NCBI GenBank assembly: GCA_001938485.1
Contig: MQRK01243983.1
Coordinates: forward strand, 1 to 60,613
Source of the DNA: Girardia tigrina
Lineage: Eukaryota
Direction: 5' to 3'
DNA: 60,613 bases
A program made the translations under genes and the position numbers. Positions 13,441-25,525 of the stretch are shown here, one piece after another. Position 1 is the stretch's first letter. Each line of letters begins with the position of its first letter. The notes below the pieces were generated by a model. The model saw only the letters and a program-made list of their open reading frames with translations, had not been told where the DNA came from and ran no database searches.

Positions 13441-13738
13441 ATCCATTTTTTATGCAGACAGAACTTCACTTTGTCAACAAAGTTTTTAACATTTAACAAA
13501 TTTTAATTAAAAAACACATTAATAATTAATATAAACTACTTATAATTTATAAGTAGATATCTTGCAATTAATATTGTTCGAAAACTCCGAATTTTCCGTT
13601 TTCCCATTTTGGGATCTTAAAAAAATTTTTTTGATCAAATTTTTACATAATCATTTATTGTCGTCGAGAATGAATAAGTGTGCAAAGTTTGAAGAAATTT
13701 GATTAAGTAAAAAGCCTTCAAAAACAGATTTCTAAATT

Positions 13739-13740
<2 letters not shown>
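13441..13740. repeat. ~300-bp dispersed repeat, copy 1 (direct repeat of 15885-16175)
   Basis: ATCCATT..TTATGCAGACAGAAC...CCCATTTTGGGATCTTAAAAA...GTGTGCAAAGTTT...TTTCTAAATTCC is shared by both copies. Confidence 0.85.
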
Positions 13741-13769
<29 letters not shown>

Positions 13770-14371
13770 CTTTTGTTGTCAATTAAATATATCAAATCGG
13801 ACAATTAAATATATAACTTAATGTATTTATTTATTTGCTTCAAGAATCAACCAATCAAATCGCATATACTACATGCCTATTTAGCCGAATTCGGACAATT
13901 AAGCATACAATCTGACAATTAAGATGTATAATTTATTATAAAAGTTGTATGCAACAACGTTTTCTAACCCCAAACATATATAATTACACACAAACATACA
14001 TGAATACATATAAACATACATGCAGACAAGTGCTAAAACACACATACACATTTGGACATTTAATTATATAATTGGACATTTAAGATTATGTGTCTATTGT
14101 AAATCAATTTTTAATAAAATTTTCATATTATAAAATTTCGTGAGGCATTTAATCATAATGTTACCAAAATGACAGGAAAAATAAAATTTATCCTTTCCGA
14201 AAATGGTTTTTTAATAATGCCTAAATGTGATCTTAGATTTTGAATCGTTTGATTCAGCTAAATATATGCGATTTGATTGGTTGATTCTTGACGCAAATAA
14301 ATAAATACATTAAGTTATTTTATTTAATATTATTTAATTGTCCGATTTGATATATTTAATTGACAACAACA

Positions 14372-14372
<1 letters not shown>
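13770..14372. mobile_element. ~600-bp MITE with ~100-bp TIRs inserted in a (TA)n microsatellite
   Basis: CTTTTGTTGTCAATTAAATATATCAAATCGGACAATT... and ...AATTGTCCGATTTGATATATTTAATTGACAACAACAG; both sides are flanked by (TA)n. Confidence 0.85.
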
Positions 14373-14408
<36 letters not shown>

Positions 14409-14458
14409 NNNNNNNNNNNNNNNNNNNNNNNNNNNNNNNNNNNNNNNNNNNNNNNNNN

Positions 14459-14514
<56 letters not shown>

Positions 14515-14658
14515 TTTCATTCATCAAGCTCGTTGTAATTCACTTAGTTTAAACACTCATCCTAAGAATAAAACAGTTGAAAGTCGGTTATGTAGAAGGT
14601 ATCACTTTGACGAAGAAAATGTATTGCGTCTTTTACAAACCTGCAACTTTGTTAAAAC

Positions 14659-15325
14659 TAGGCATGTACCGGTGTTACTTTTTCAAAACTGGCCGGCATT
14701 TTTTAAAAGTAGCAAACCCGGCTGGTGCCGGTGCCTGTTTTGAAAAATAAAAAAATATCAAAAAAGAAAAACCAACATTGAAACGAAATAAAATTTTTAT
14801 TTTGTATATTTAACAGAAATATTAACTTCATCATTTAGATGAAAATTAAATTTCAAGAGAATTAATCTCTCTGCGTTCTCCGGTAATAGCCTTAATTTTT
14901 GGTCATCCAATGTTTTTCCTGCAATGCTAAAAACTCTTTCAGGAGAAACACTTGTGGGCGGAGACGCAAGATAGGTACGAGCGATCTGTTATAGTTTTGG
15001 GAAACGATGATTATTGGAGCCCCACCAATGAAGTGGATTTTCTTGTCTTGAAATAAGTCCTTCAGATAAATAGATATCAAATTCTGTTTTCAACGCTAAT
15101 GCTGGAGAAACAGACAACTTTGTCTGACAGAGCGATAAAATCTCGTCAAAACTTGACCAGGGGATGAGATCACAATTTTGAGAAATGTTCATTAAAGTTT
15201 TTTCAGGTTCTAAATGCTCGACGTTTGTAGGGTTTTCATTTAGACACTAAAGTGTAAAAGCAAGAAGAAGGTTATCTTTAGCTTGTGCAGCTACAAACTC
15301 AGAAAAGCATCGATGTTTAAAATGG
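14659..15325 (-). mobile_element. hAT (Ac/ZBED-like) 3' fragment
   Basis: DIYLSEGLISRQENPLHWWGSNNHRFPKL plus a dimerisation-domain remnant; terminus TAGGCATGTACCGG at 14659. Confidence 0.7.
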
Positions 15326-15519
15326 AGTTTGTCCTATAACTGAGTTTTATTTTTATTTTTGATTATTGTTTTTTTAATAACGTTAGTTTGCAATTAGGTT
15401 AATCCAATATTGTTATACCTTTTGGATTAGCCTAGTTTGAACACTGTTTATCTATTTTTTTATTTATAGTAAAAATAGTGAATTTGGTAAATCGGTGAAT
15501 TCATTATTTTTACAATTTT

Positions 15520-15745
15520 TAATACGATAAAATCTAATACGAAAAATATGTATTTAATATGAAAAAAATAATTTAATGTGAAAAATATCAATTTTATTAT
15601 GGAAAAATATTGATCTATTAAGAAAATTGTTTTTAATACGAAAAATATCGATTTAATATGAAAATTATCGATTAAATATAAAAAATATCAATTTAATACG
15701 AAAATTGTATTTAATATGAAAAAAATATTAATTTAATATGAAAAA
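15520..15745. repeat. AT-rich ~20-bp minisatellite
   Basis: Repeated TAATA(C/T)GAAAAATATC(G/A)ATT-like units. Confidence 0.75.
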
Positions 15746-15884
15746 TGCTTTTAAAATGCAAACGTTTGCAATTCAGCTTGCCACCAAGGAAGAAGTAAAA
15801 ATAACTATGAATAAAAATTTTACATTTGTAAAATCAAAAAATAGTAAAATCAAAACTAGTAAATCAAAAAATTAATTTTTTTAT

Positions 15885-16175
15885 ATCCATTCTTTATGCA
15901 GACAGAACTCTACTTTGTCAACAAAGTTTTTTAAAATTTAAAAAATTTAATATTTAAAAAATTTTAATTAAAAAAACAATAAAAATTAATATAAACTACT
16001 TATAATTTATAAGTAAATATCTTACAATTAATATTGTTCAGGAACTACGATTTTTTTCTTTTTTCCCATTTTGGGATCTTAAAAAGTTTTTTTCGATCAA
16101 ATTTTTACATAATCATTTGTTATCATCGAGAATGAGTGAGTGTGCAAAGTTTAAAAAAATAGGTTTCTAAATTCC
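15885..16175. repeat. ~300-bp dispersed repeat, copy 2
   Basis: Direct repeat of 13441-13740. Confidence 0.85.
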
Positions 16176-17182
16176 CTGGACAGCATATATAAATATACTG
16201 TAATGACCACTTTTTATTTTGACATCAATGTGAAGTTGGTATGTGTGTGTATAAGTGTTTTGCTGGTGTAGGTGTGCATGTGTTGTTTGATTTGTTTGCG
16301 GTGTGTGATTTGATGGGGACATTTATTTGGTGTTATTTCCATTGTCATGTGTTTGGTTTTGTAGTGGTGAGAATTATTATTTGTTTCATGGTGATCTTTG
16401 TAATTTGGAGGACAGCTATTTTAATACTAAAAAATTGTTAATTAAGAGTGTCTCAATGGACTGATAGGGAAAATATCTGAAATAAGAATAAAAATTAGAA
16501 GATGGATAAAAAATGAAATTAAAAAAACCAATAAATAAATTAATTAGAAACTGCGAAAATTAGATAATAATAATTATTATCCACTGCAGTATTCTAATGA
16601 AAAAGAAGACATGAAAATTTCTGTTCACAGAACAATAATTGGATTAAAAGAAAAGTGGAAGAAATTTTATTTTTAACAAGGAGTGGAACTTTTGGCTTAT
16701 CATTGGTTTTGACTTTATTTTAACTTTTGATTGCGTTGGCGTATTACACCGGTTGTTTGGCTTAGGTTACTTTATTTGTTTTTTTAAAGAAAATACATTT
16801 TTTCGATCACAATATTATTGATCAATTGTTAATATTGTTTTTTTAAGTATAATTCAGACGAATATTTTTTTGAACAATTAGAGTTCACAGATTATTTCTC
16901 TTGAATTATAACATAGTCCTATATAGAAAGTAAGCTAATAAAAAGAATGAAATAAAAATGTTCTAATTTTGTTAACATTTAAATTTTCATTTATACTCTC
17001 ATATTAATTCACGATCTTTTTATTTTTTATTTATATGGAAGTATAAATTTTATAAAAAATTATAATATAATACAGACAATTAATATATTTTCATGTGAGA
17101 TTGTTTTCTTTCAGAATACAAAAACATAAAAGTTGTGCATTTAGTTCAACAAAATTTCAAACAATATTATTCTTCATTCTCA

Positions 17183-17665
17183 TTATATCTTGGATTGCCT
17201 AATGTCTTTGATTAGAATGACAATGTCGTAAATGAGGAAACATATGGCCAATATTGATGACACTAGTGAATAAGAACTGAAAATTGTGAATAGATACAAT
17301 AAACTAACCAGATAATATACAATATTACAAAGAAAAGATAGAAAAGATAGAATGTCAAAGACAAGAGAATTTATTAAACAACACCTATTGTTGTTCCATC
17401 CTCCATGAACGGATGTTATACCCGCGATTATAAGAAAAAGGCCTCCTCCGAAATTAAGGAAGGGTACCCTAATCATTAGTGGTAAAAGTGGATCAATTAT
17501 TACTAAAATCGTTCCGAATATAATAGAAAATATTCCACTATTAACGTGTTGTCTTTTATAAATGAATGGTTTCGGTTCATTATTGACTGCTTGATGTATC
17601 AAAATTGGTTGATAAAAATTATTTGGAGCATTATAATTTTGGATATTTTGAAAGGTATAGGTGCT
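17183..17665 (-). CDS. MS4A/CD20-like four-transmembrane protein, main exon
   Basis: Four hydrophobic segments with the MS4A-like pattern GIFSIIFG...PFLNFGGGLFLIIAGITSV...RCCLINSLVFDILS. The frame extends upstream to a phase-0 TTTTTAG acceptor at 17666. Confidence 0.6.
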   Translation of the reverse strand, partial: STYTFQNIQNYNAPNNFYQPILIHQAVNNEPKPFIYKRQHVNSGIFSIIFGTILVIIDPLLPLMIRVPFLNFGGGLFLIIAGITSVHGGWNNNRCCLINSLVFDILSFLSFLCNIVYYLVSLLYLFTIFSSYSLVSSILAICFLIYDIVILIKDIRQSKI

Positions 17666-17680
17666 CTAAAAATGATTTAA

Positions 17681-17684
<4 letters not shown>

Positions 17685-17715
<31 letters not shown>

Positions 17716-18062
17716 TATTATTATTATTATAATTATAATTATAATTATAATAATTGGTCACAGTGTGATCATTACAATACCGTTGCGAAGCTCCGCCATC
17801 GAGATCATCTTTGCCTTGAGGACCTCTGCAAAAGAAAAAAATATTGCTTCGTTTCCTCTATCTGATCCCACTCCCCGAGACATGGAACTAGGCTTTCTGG
17901 AGCTGATCTGTCAAGCCAGAGAATAACGGAACTCCGCCTTGGCATTTTCATTGAGATTGATGGTTCCGTTACTTCCAATATTAGTCAGAGAATAAATTGA
18001 TTGAGAAATATTCATTATGCTTTCGTTGGATAAACTGACCCGTACTCTCCCGTCACACCGGG
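17685..18062 (-). mobile_element. probable LINE 3' remnant ending in an (ATT)n/(AAT)n microsatellite
   Basis: GC-richer block running into the trinucleotide tract at 17685-17752; minus frame PCLGEWDQIEETKQYFFFC weakly resembles the LINE C-terminal zinc knuckle. Confidence 0.35.
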
Positions 18063-18075
18063 TTTAAGGTTTTAC

Positions 18076-18141
18076 ATGATAATTGGAAATAACAGCAAAA
18101 CGAAACTGATTATCAAACTTAGAGTTCCTTGTTGATTTCAT
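18076..18141 (-). CDS. candidate first coding exon of the MS4A-like gene (MKSTRNSKFDNQFRFAVISNYH)
   Basis: ATG at 18141, 22 open codons, then a phase-0 GTAAAA donor compatible with the acceptor at 17666. Confidence 0.35.
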
Positions 18142-19799
18142 GACTTTAACACAAAAAGTGCTGTTTCATGTAACAAGGAGAATGTTGAGATTTGAAAGTT
18201 ATTGAACAATTTAATTATAGTCGTATTATTCGGATTATGTTGATGAAAATTCACACTTTAACAAAAACAAAAGCTTTTTACAAAGCCAAAACTTTTATTT
18301 GGTTATTCAAATTTCTCCTTCCAAAACATAAATTTACAATTCCAAATTTAACACAACTTCTACAAGAATTATTAGTTTGAATACAGAAATCTTGATTCTC
18401 TTTTGTAATTGCGAAGTAATTTTTTAGAATCATATGCAACTTTCTAGCGCCTAGTTGAGATAGTAACCCGATCCACGGTCTCGAGTAACGGAATCAGACA
18501 GGAAAAAGAAGAAAAAGGCCACTAAACTCTCAAACCAATTCTTTTCCCGAATAATACATTAACTTCTGAAATTTTTAGTAAACTAGGAATTTTTGTTATA
18601 TTTCTGAAATTCTCAACTCCTGTCCTTTTACGTTACGTAGTTAGCATTAAATAAACCTTTTCTACTATAATTGTAGTGCATAAAGGTTCGAAATGAGCTA
18701 GTGGTACAATTATGCCATGATTTCGTTATTCAGTACAGGAAAAATTGATTGTCACAGCGAGAAAAAATAGAGCATTGATAATTTTGTTGAAAATATTGTC
18801 TATTAAGGCTGGCGAACTTCTGGATTTTTAAATTTTTAAAAATATAAAATATAAATTATTTAAAGAGAATATTATTAAAGGTGTTAATAACAATTAACAC
18901 ATAATTTATTAAAATAAATTATATTCTAATAAATAGTTAATAAGTTAAAAAAATATAACGTTATAAGATAGAAATATTTCAAAATTTTAATAAACATAAA
19001 ATAACGTTTTAATAAGAAATAAGAATTTAAAATTAATTATATTGCAATAAGATTTGAATAAAAATAAAAATGATTTGAATTTAATAATTTACGATACGAT
19101 TTTAATAAAAAAAATAATAATTTAATATTATTAAAATTAATAAGTTGAGAAAAAGTTTGTAATAAAAAATATTTACATAAATTTATGACGATTATAAAAT
19201 CAAATTTATATTTATACTTATTTATTTCAAATTCGTACAAAATAAGAAAATAGACCCTAGAAAATTGTTTTAAAAATCATCTTTGTTATAGAAACATATT
19301 TATTACTTGTTATAACTTCAATTAATGATTCCGAACATAACATTGCCAAAGGGTTCTAGCTGATAGGGTCCTCTGGAAATTTGCAAGTCACCAAGAGTTA
19401 CGATTTTTCGGATATTTCCGGTGATTTTTAAGCAAACCACAATCAAAGATCGAAGAAATTCAGGCCTGGATATCAATTATCAAGGCCTAGATGAACCAAT
19501 CTACGTTGCAAATACATAAACATTAAGAGCACATTCCCAAAATGTGAGGAAGTTTTCGAAACATTCGGAATGCTGCATTTTGTATGTCGGTTTTGGTACT
19601 TTTCTCACCTAAGCAGAAGGTTGATATCATTTCGATATTTTTCTTTGATTTTAAATTAAAACTGATATCGATGTTTGACTGTCTTTCTATGGATTGTCGA
19701 AAGAATGATCCAACCTAAAAAGGTTGTAAAAATGGGAGTTCTCTTTAAACCGATGAATATAAATTGTATTTGGTTTGGTTAATTTGTACTAAATGCAGG

Positions 19800-20547
19800 C
19801 TGTGTCAGACAAAAGTTTTGGTTAACGTCCTCGATATTCAATTCAGTGTTGGAATGTATATGACCGCGTTATTTCTCATCTACCAAGTACAAACAATGCA
19901 ATAGAAAATTGGCATCGTGCGTTTCAAAATTCTAACCGCTTGCAATCACCCAACTGTTTATAGCTTGATAAATCAATTTCGTTCTGAACAAGATTTTGTT
20001 GAACTAATTTTGCAGCACATTAAAATTCTATTTAGAATTGAAGAATTCCCACAATTCTCATCGCAAATTTATGCCAAAGTAAGTGAGAAGATTGAACGTA
20101 TCGTTGAGCAATACATTAATTTACCAATATTGGATTATCTTAGAGGCATTGCTCATAATTTAAATTTTTTGGATTAAAGTATATATTTACTATTCCATTA
20201 TTTTAATATATCAGTTAAATATTTTTGTACCTTTCTCCTATTTACACATCACATTTTTTTGGTGTGTTATTCATTTGTTCTAGAATGTTATTTGAATTTT
20301 TTTAATTAGGAATTTACTAATTATTCGTATGTTCTTTGTTTATTTTTTATATTAAAAAGAATAATTAAATGTCGATCTGAAATTTTCTATCCATTTATGT
20401 TTTAAAATTAAATCCGTGCATGATTCATTGTTTTATCATAACATAATTAAAAAAATTTATTCATATTTTAGATGATATAGTTAACTTATTGACAATTTTG
20501 TTGTAAATTTTCCGAGGTAAAGTTGTCTGCGGTAAAGTCGGCGTACC
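19800..20547 (+). mobile_element. MULE-type transposase 3' fragment with right terminus
   Basis: PRYSIQCWNVYDRVISHLPSTNNAIENWHRAFQ..HPTVYSLINQFRSEQ..ILDYLRGIAHNL; structured end ...GGTAAAGTTGTCTGCGGTAAAGTCGGCGTACC. Confidence 0.75.
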
Positions 20548-22050
20548 AAAGGAGAGTATTACGGCAGGGTTTTTGTTTCTTACTTTCATAATGTGTGATG
20601 GATCTCTGAATTCAAAGTCAAAGAGAATTGCAAAGTCATATGTAGGTGCATTTTTCAGCCCCATGGTCTTTGAATATCATTGTAGTTCTCTGCCAGTGAC
20701 TGCCCATTTGCGTATGTGCCAACGAGTGCCAACAATACTTTATTCATAAGAGTAGATAGTCTACTCTTTGACATTTCCATAATTCTGATTAAATCTTTGT
20801 CATGATTTTTCTGGCAGATGAGCTGCTCACAGAAAAGATCAATCATCTCCAGTCCTTTCTTATTAACGTTAAGATTGTAGTTGAAGAATGCTTCAAATGG
20901 GTATGTTGTTTCATTTGAAGCATTAGATACGATTATCACTTTCTTCAACTCTTTCTTCGACGAAGTTTTCATACTCAGGATCAGTCGCCCTGACAAACTC
21001 TGCAAATGAATAATTATTCGGATTTTGTTTTTCATGCGTTTGTTGTTGTTTTGTATATTGTACCAGTGTTTGCTTATTTGTTGCATGTGTATGTTGTTGG
21101 TGTATTTGTGAGTTTTGTGTTGAGTGATTGTTTGTGTTTGTTGTTGTTGTTTCCATTGTTATGCTCCTTGTGCTTCCTGTTGTTGTAGTAATTTGTGTTG
21201 CAGTTGCTGTTTATTGGGTTGTGTCTCTTGAAATTGCAAAAGTTTAGCCATGTCAGAATAACTGGTATGACTATCTGGGCTAGATGGGCGTGATGTCAGC
21301 ACTGGAGCATCTAGAGTATTACTCTTTCCATCAATAGCTGCAGCACATGTACATGGACAGGTGCATCCATCTCGTCGAAGTGATTCCCAATTGAAATTAG
21401 TCTGATTACTTGTATTGTGTGTCAGAGCGGAAGCCACGCGCCCTCGCCCCACCAACTGGAACGAAATGATGAGGGTAGACACTGGCCGTGGAGGCCAGTG
21501 CGCGTGATGCGGGAACCGCAGCCCATTCATAATGCGTGGGCTTTTACAATATTTTTTCAAATTATTTAAGTTAATAATTACGCAGTTTTTGCAACTAATT
21601 ATTTTTGAATTATTCGAATTTATCTCTATCACACTGGTATTTTTGTTGAAAGAAATCCGGCAGAAATAACGCGCATACTTCTCGCCATATTTGATAATTT
21701 TATTCGCATTTGAACACTTAAATTGTTTTATACAATTTACACGAAAATTATTTCGTCTCGCACCAAAACCGTCAATAGAACTTCATCAGTATTCGAAAAA
21801 AAATTTTACAAAATTCACAATGGATGATCTCACTCTCGCAGATTTTTCTCATATTTTTGTCGATTTTTCCCCTCGTACAACAATTTGAGAAAAATAATTT
21901 TTCTCCCCACGCAATTCGAATTCTTCATCCTTTTCTATCAAATTTCTTTTACAAGATTCACAATTCATTTCTGCGATGTTATTCGAATTTTTCATATTTT
22001 TACCACATTTTCTAAGCCAGAACAGTCACGACAAAATGGTTGCACCCCTG
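20548..22050 (-). mobile_element. unclassified element starting CAGGGGTGCAACC with a decayed Q/T/N-rich orphan ORF
   Basis: Overlapping minus ORFs 21159-21632, 20923-21156, 20655-21086 and 20461-20664 join by stops or frameshifts; DNA-transposon-like terminus at 22050; truncated at the MULE end. Confidence 0.4.
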
Positions 22051-22627
22051 CACCAGTAATTAATTCAATTTTATTATTAAATTTAATTAATTTATCACCA
22101 ACTAATTTCGAGGAAATATTAGTTAAATTAATAGCATTATTGTCGCTCGTATCGTTCGATAAATTTCATAAGGAAATGCATTCGATGCAAATAAGTTCGA
22201 TCATATTATCAATATTTAATTTAATACATTTAGAGCTAATATTTAACAAATTATTGCATATTTTACATTCATATTTTAAGTCGTTAAATGAATTAAAATT
22301 TTATTTTCACCTTCCCCTGCAATCATTCTGTCCGAAAGACAAATATCCGATTTTTTGCTTTCCTTCATATCAGTATCGATAATTTCATATAAAGTTTTTC
22401 TACGCTTCACCGTTTTTAAACTCGTTCCAATTTTATTAAAATGAAAGAATAATCGATGAAGCATTATAAATCATGTCTTAATGTGCAAAGTGATTCTTCT
22501 AATCATATAAAAATATTCTATTAGGTGCGAAAATTGCTAATTGACTATTTTTAAAAAATATATCATAAATCTTTGTTTATATAATATCTTAATACTGATG
22601 ATGTCTGTAAAGGTAAAATTGGTATAT

Positions 22628-23367
22628 TATAATAAATATTTGAATAAAATAAATATTCAATTACAAATAAAAAATAATAATTTCAAATCAAATTATAAAA
22701 TTTCTAAACATATTAAAAAATCTGATATTAAAATTGCCGCTTATCGCAATTTTGTTTCTTCAAACACTTTTCAAAGTAAAAGAAAGATGTTTTCGGTGTT
22801 TTGAATGCAGACAAAGAAAAGAGGATTTTGAAATTTTGAGACAATTGAGAAGGATAATAGTTTACGGTTGACCCGAAAAATCATCATTAAAATTGTCTTT
22901 TAGTTTTATATGCCTCTTGTGTAATTTTATTTTTGTTTAATTTAGTTTATGTTTACGAAATATTAAAAAGAACGAATTAATTATTCTAGAATACTTTTTG
23001 ATCAAACCACATTTGATCAAAGATTACAAAGTTGCACGTAACAGAAATTCATATTTAACCTTTTTGACCAAAATTATATTGAGCATATTGATTATACATC
23101 ATTATAAATTTGGAAGTGCTTCATCAGCGGTTTCTGCGAGGTGTAGATTATGGTTTCATGACAACTCGATACAAGAAGGGTTAGGGGTTAGGGTTAGTTT
23201 AGGGTTAGGGTTACTATGGTTCCGTTAGGTTTTAGATAAATAATATGGAAATAACAACATTTAAATAATTTTAGATTACTAGAAATTGTTGCAAAATATG
23301 TTTAAAAGTGATTTAAAATAGAACAGTTATTATAAAGATTTTTATAATGTATTTTGAAGATTTTTAT
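22628..23367 (+). repeat. ~740-bp cassette containing a TTAGGG-like tract (inverted copy of 35075-35828)
   Basis: Near-identical to the reverse complement of ~35082-35822; ORFs 22998-23228 and 35210-35452 are near-identical translations. Confidence 0.95.
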
Positions 23368-23649
23368 AAAATAATAAAATCTTATTATATAAATTAACGT
23401 ACTCAAAAAATAAATTCAATTTTAATTAATGTTTTAATAAATAAGTTATCAGTATTATAATCCAGTATTTCTATGTATAATTAATCTGGTGAAAAACAAA
23501 AAAAGAAAACAAAAGAAAAGTTCCTCAAGAAAAATTGTTTAAATAATTGTTATTGTTACAGAAATAAAATTTGGTGTTAATTAATTATAATTTTGATCAA
23601 GAACACAACAAAGCCAAAGTGTACTGCAGAGATCTGAAAAAATAAAAAT

Positions 23650-24330
23650 CTGATGGATTTAGATCTGAAGACTAGACTGAATATGCAAGAACTACCCATC
23701 CAAAATCTAAATTTGTATTTTTAGTTGCTGCAGAAGATAGGGATAAGCATTGACATGAATGTGGATGATTTTCTTTGCCCTATAACAAACTTGAGGTCCA
23801 GTTCATTTTTATCACTCAGTTTGAGAAATTTTTAGTTGTGGCTCTGGGATGTAACTCTTTGCCATTTGCATCCCGTCATATGCATAACAACATATTCTCA
23901 TGAATATTTAGTTATGGAGTAGAGGTTATTGCTTGGCCAGGGTCAATCTATAATATTTGCTACTCTGGATTCTCGTAATGTACCCATTTCTTGTCACCAG
24001 CAAAGATTTGGCAGAAACAATTTTCACTGATGACCTGCATAAAGCAAGATTTATAAACTCAACCTTTTAGCAATATTTACTATAAATAACTGGTGTAGCA
24101 CACATCTTGCAACCTTCATAATTTCAATCGTGGCTTGAATTATCATTAGAATAGTAGATTAGATTCATCCAAATTGTATAGTCAGTTCACGTGTGGTTTT
24201 TAAATAAGAGATAAAAAACGCAGTGCAAACCGCCAAAATGTTACGGGATCTATTTTGTAAAGAAGCCATTAAATAGATCCAATACAATGCTGAAATTTGT
24301 TTAAAAAATTCTGTTGTGGAGATTTTTTTA
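23650..24330. mobile_element. highly decayed mariner fragments (catalytic part on minus, N-terminal HTH on plus)
   Basis: Minus: FCQIFAGDKKWVHYENPE*QIL*IDPGQAITSTP*LNIHENMLLCI*RD. Plus ~24210-24330: KNAVQTAKMLRDLF...FKKFCCGDF. Confidence 0.6.
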
Positions 24331-24929
24331 CTTCTAGATCTAGATTTATTTCATTGAAGGTGATTATTATGTGCCGATCGGACCGAATGTCCGACTGATA
24401 ATAAAAATCCAATTTCGCCCGACTGGCAAATCTCGAATTTCATAAAAATTATTGAAATCAACCTTAAAATTTTAAACGCTCGATAAAAAAATTTTAATCA
24501 TTAAAACAAACATTTTATTTACAATTTTTTATTTTAATTATCTGTAACAATGTTCGTCCAATTATTTCGATCACCAGTTTCGAGGAAACAATCAAATTAT
24601 AGATCAAAAGAGGATAAAGTTAAATTGAATTAGAACATGTGAATATCGGGAGTCAAATTCCACGGGGAAAATTTAAATCAATTAATTTAAAATTTAAATT
24701 AAAATTTTTGAATTTGTAGGCACTACAGTAATAGTTGAAACCGGACTCGTCAATAGAAAATATTTTCTCTCTTTTTTGAAGTTTATTTTAGGAGTAGTTA
24801 AATACAAATGATATTTGATGTGTATTTGTGCTTTCAGAATTTAGTGAATCACAATATAATGTAACACATTTCAGTGTATTGGATTAAAAATCAGCTTATT
24901 GTTGACGCAGCTGTTCAGGAATATTTTGA

Positions 24930-25525
24930 CTGAGAGGAATATTTTGAATGTTTCGTGTTTGAATGTTGTATGTTGATTTGGAATTGTGTCTCTCCTAACC
25001 AAATGGATGATTAATATTTTAATTCTTATTATCTGAAAATATGCGATGTTTAAACTTATTTCTAATTTAAAATAATTGTAAAATTTTAAATAGGTTAATT
25101 AATTTTATTAACAATTTTAAAATAAATAGATTAAATTAATATTTTTTAAATAACTAATAATCATTTTATTTTTATCCAATAAGTTTTGAGTAAATATTTT
25201 AACAAATTATTTATTTCTGCATTTGTTCAGATAATAAGATTAAAGTTATTAATTAATAGACTGATGCAAAATTACGAAAGCTTTGACAAAGATTGTCCTG
25301 AGGACAATCGAACTTCTTGTAATAATAAAAATGTTAAAAGTCATATTGGTGTTATTAATAATTACTGCAATGTATTTCTTTATATTCCCTACATTTAAGC
25401 AGATTCGGTTATAGTTTTTCTTTCTTTGTTTTGAACTGAACCGATTTTCGTATAATGTGGCCAACGATAATTAAGTGAATCTTTTTACTGTGATATTTCC
25501 GAATCAAATGAAGAATTTCGTATGG
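24930..25525 (+). pseudogene. decayed multi-exon gene fragment of unknown family
   Basis: Exon-like 25260-25348, 51-bp GT-AG intron 25349-25399, 126-bp exon 25400-25525 ending at GTAAGT; phases are compatible; three in-frame stops. A paralogous exon lies at ~27203-27290. Confidence 0.4.

Noticed and set aside
15520-15745. CRISPR-like array
   Set aside because: Eukaryotic context; degenerate tandem units without unique spacers.
21500-21530. Group II intron domain V or HDV-like ribozyme
   Set aside because: TGCGGGAACCGCA resembles the DV tip but the lower stem and AGC triad do not pair; HDV P1/P1.1/P3 topology could not be built.
23178-23232. True telomere or chromosome-fusion site
   Set aside because: Only a few degenerate TTAGGG units embedded in a dispersed cassette.
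22590-24050. Other CTGATGA hits as hammerheads (~22595, ~24027; also ~8476 and ~35323)
   Set aside because: No helix II followed by a GAAA box.
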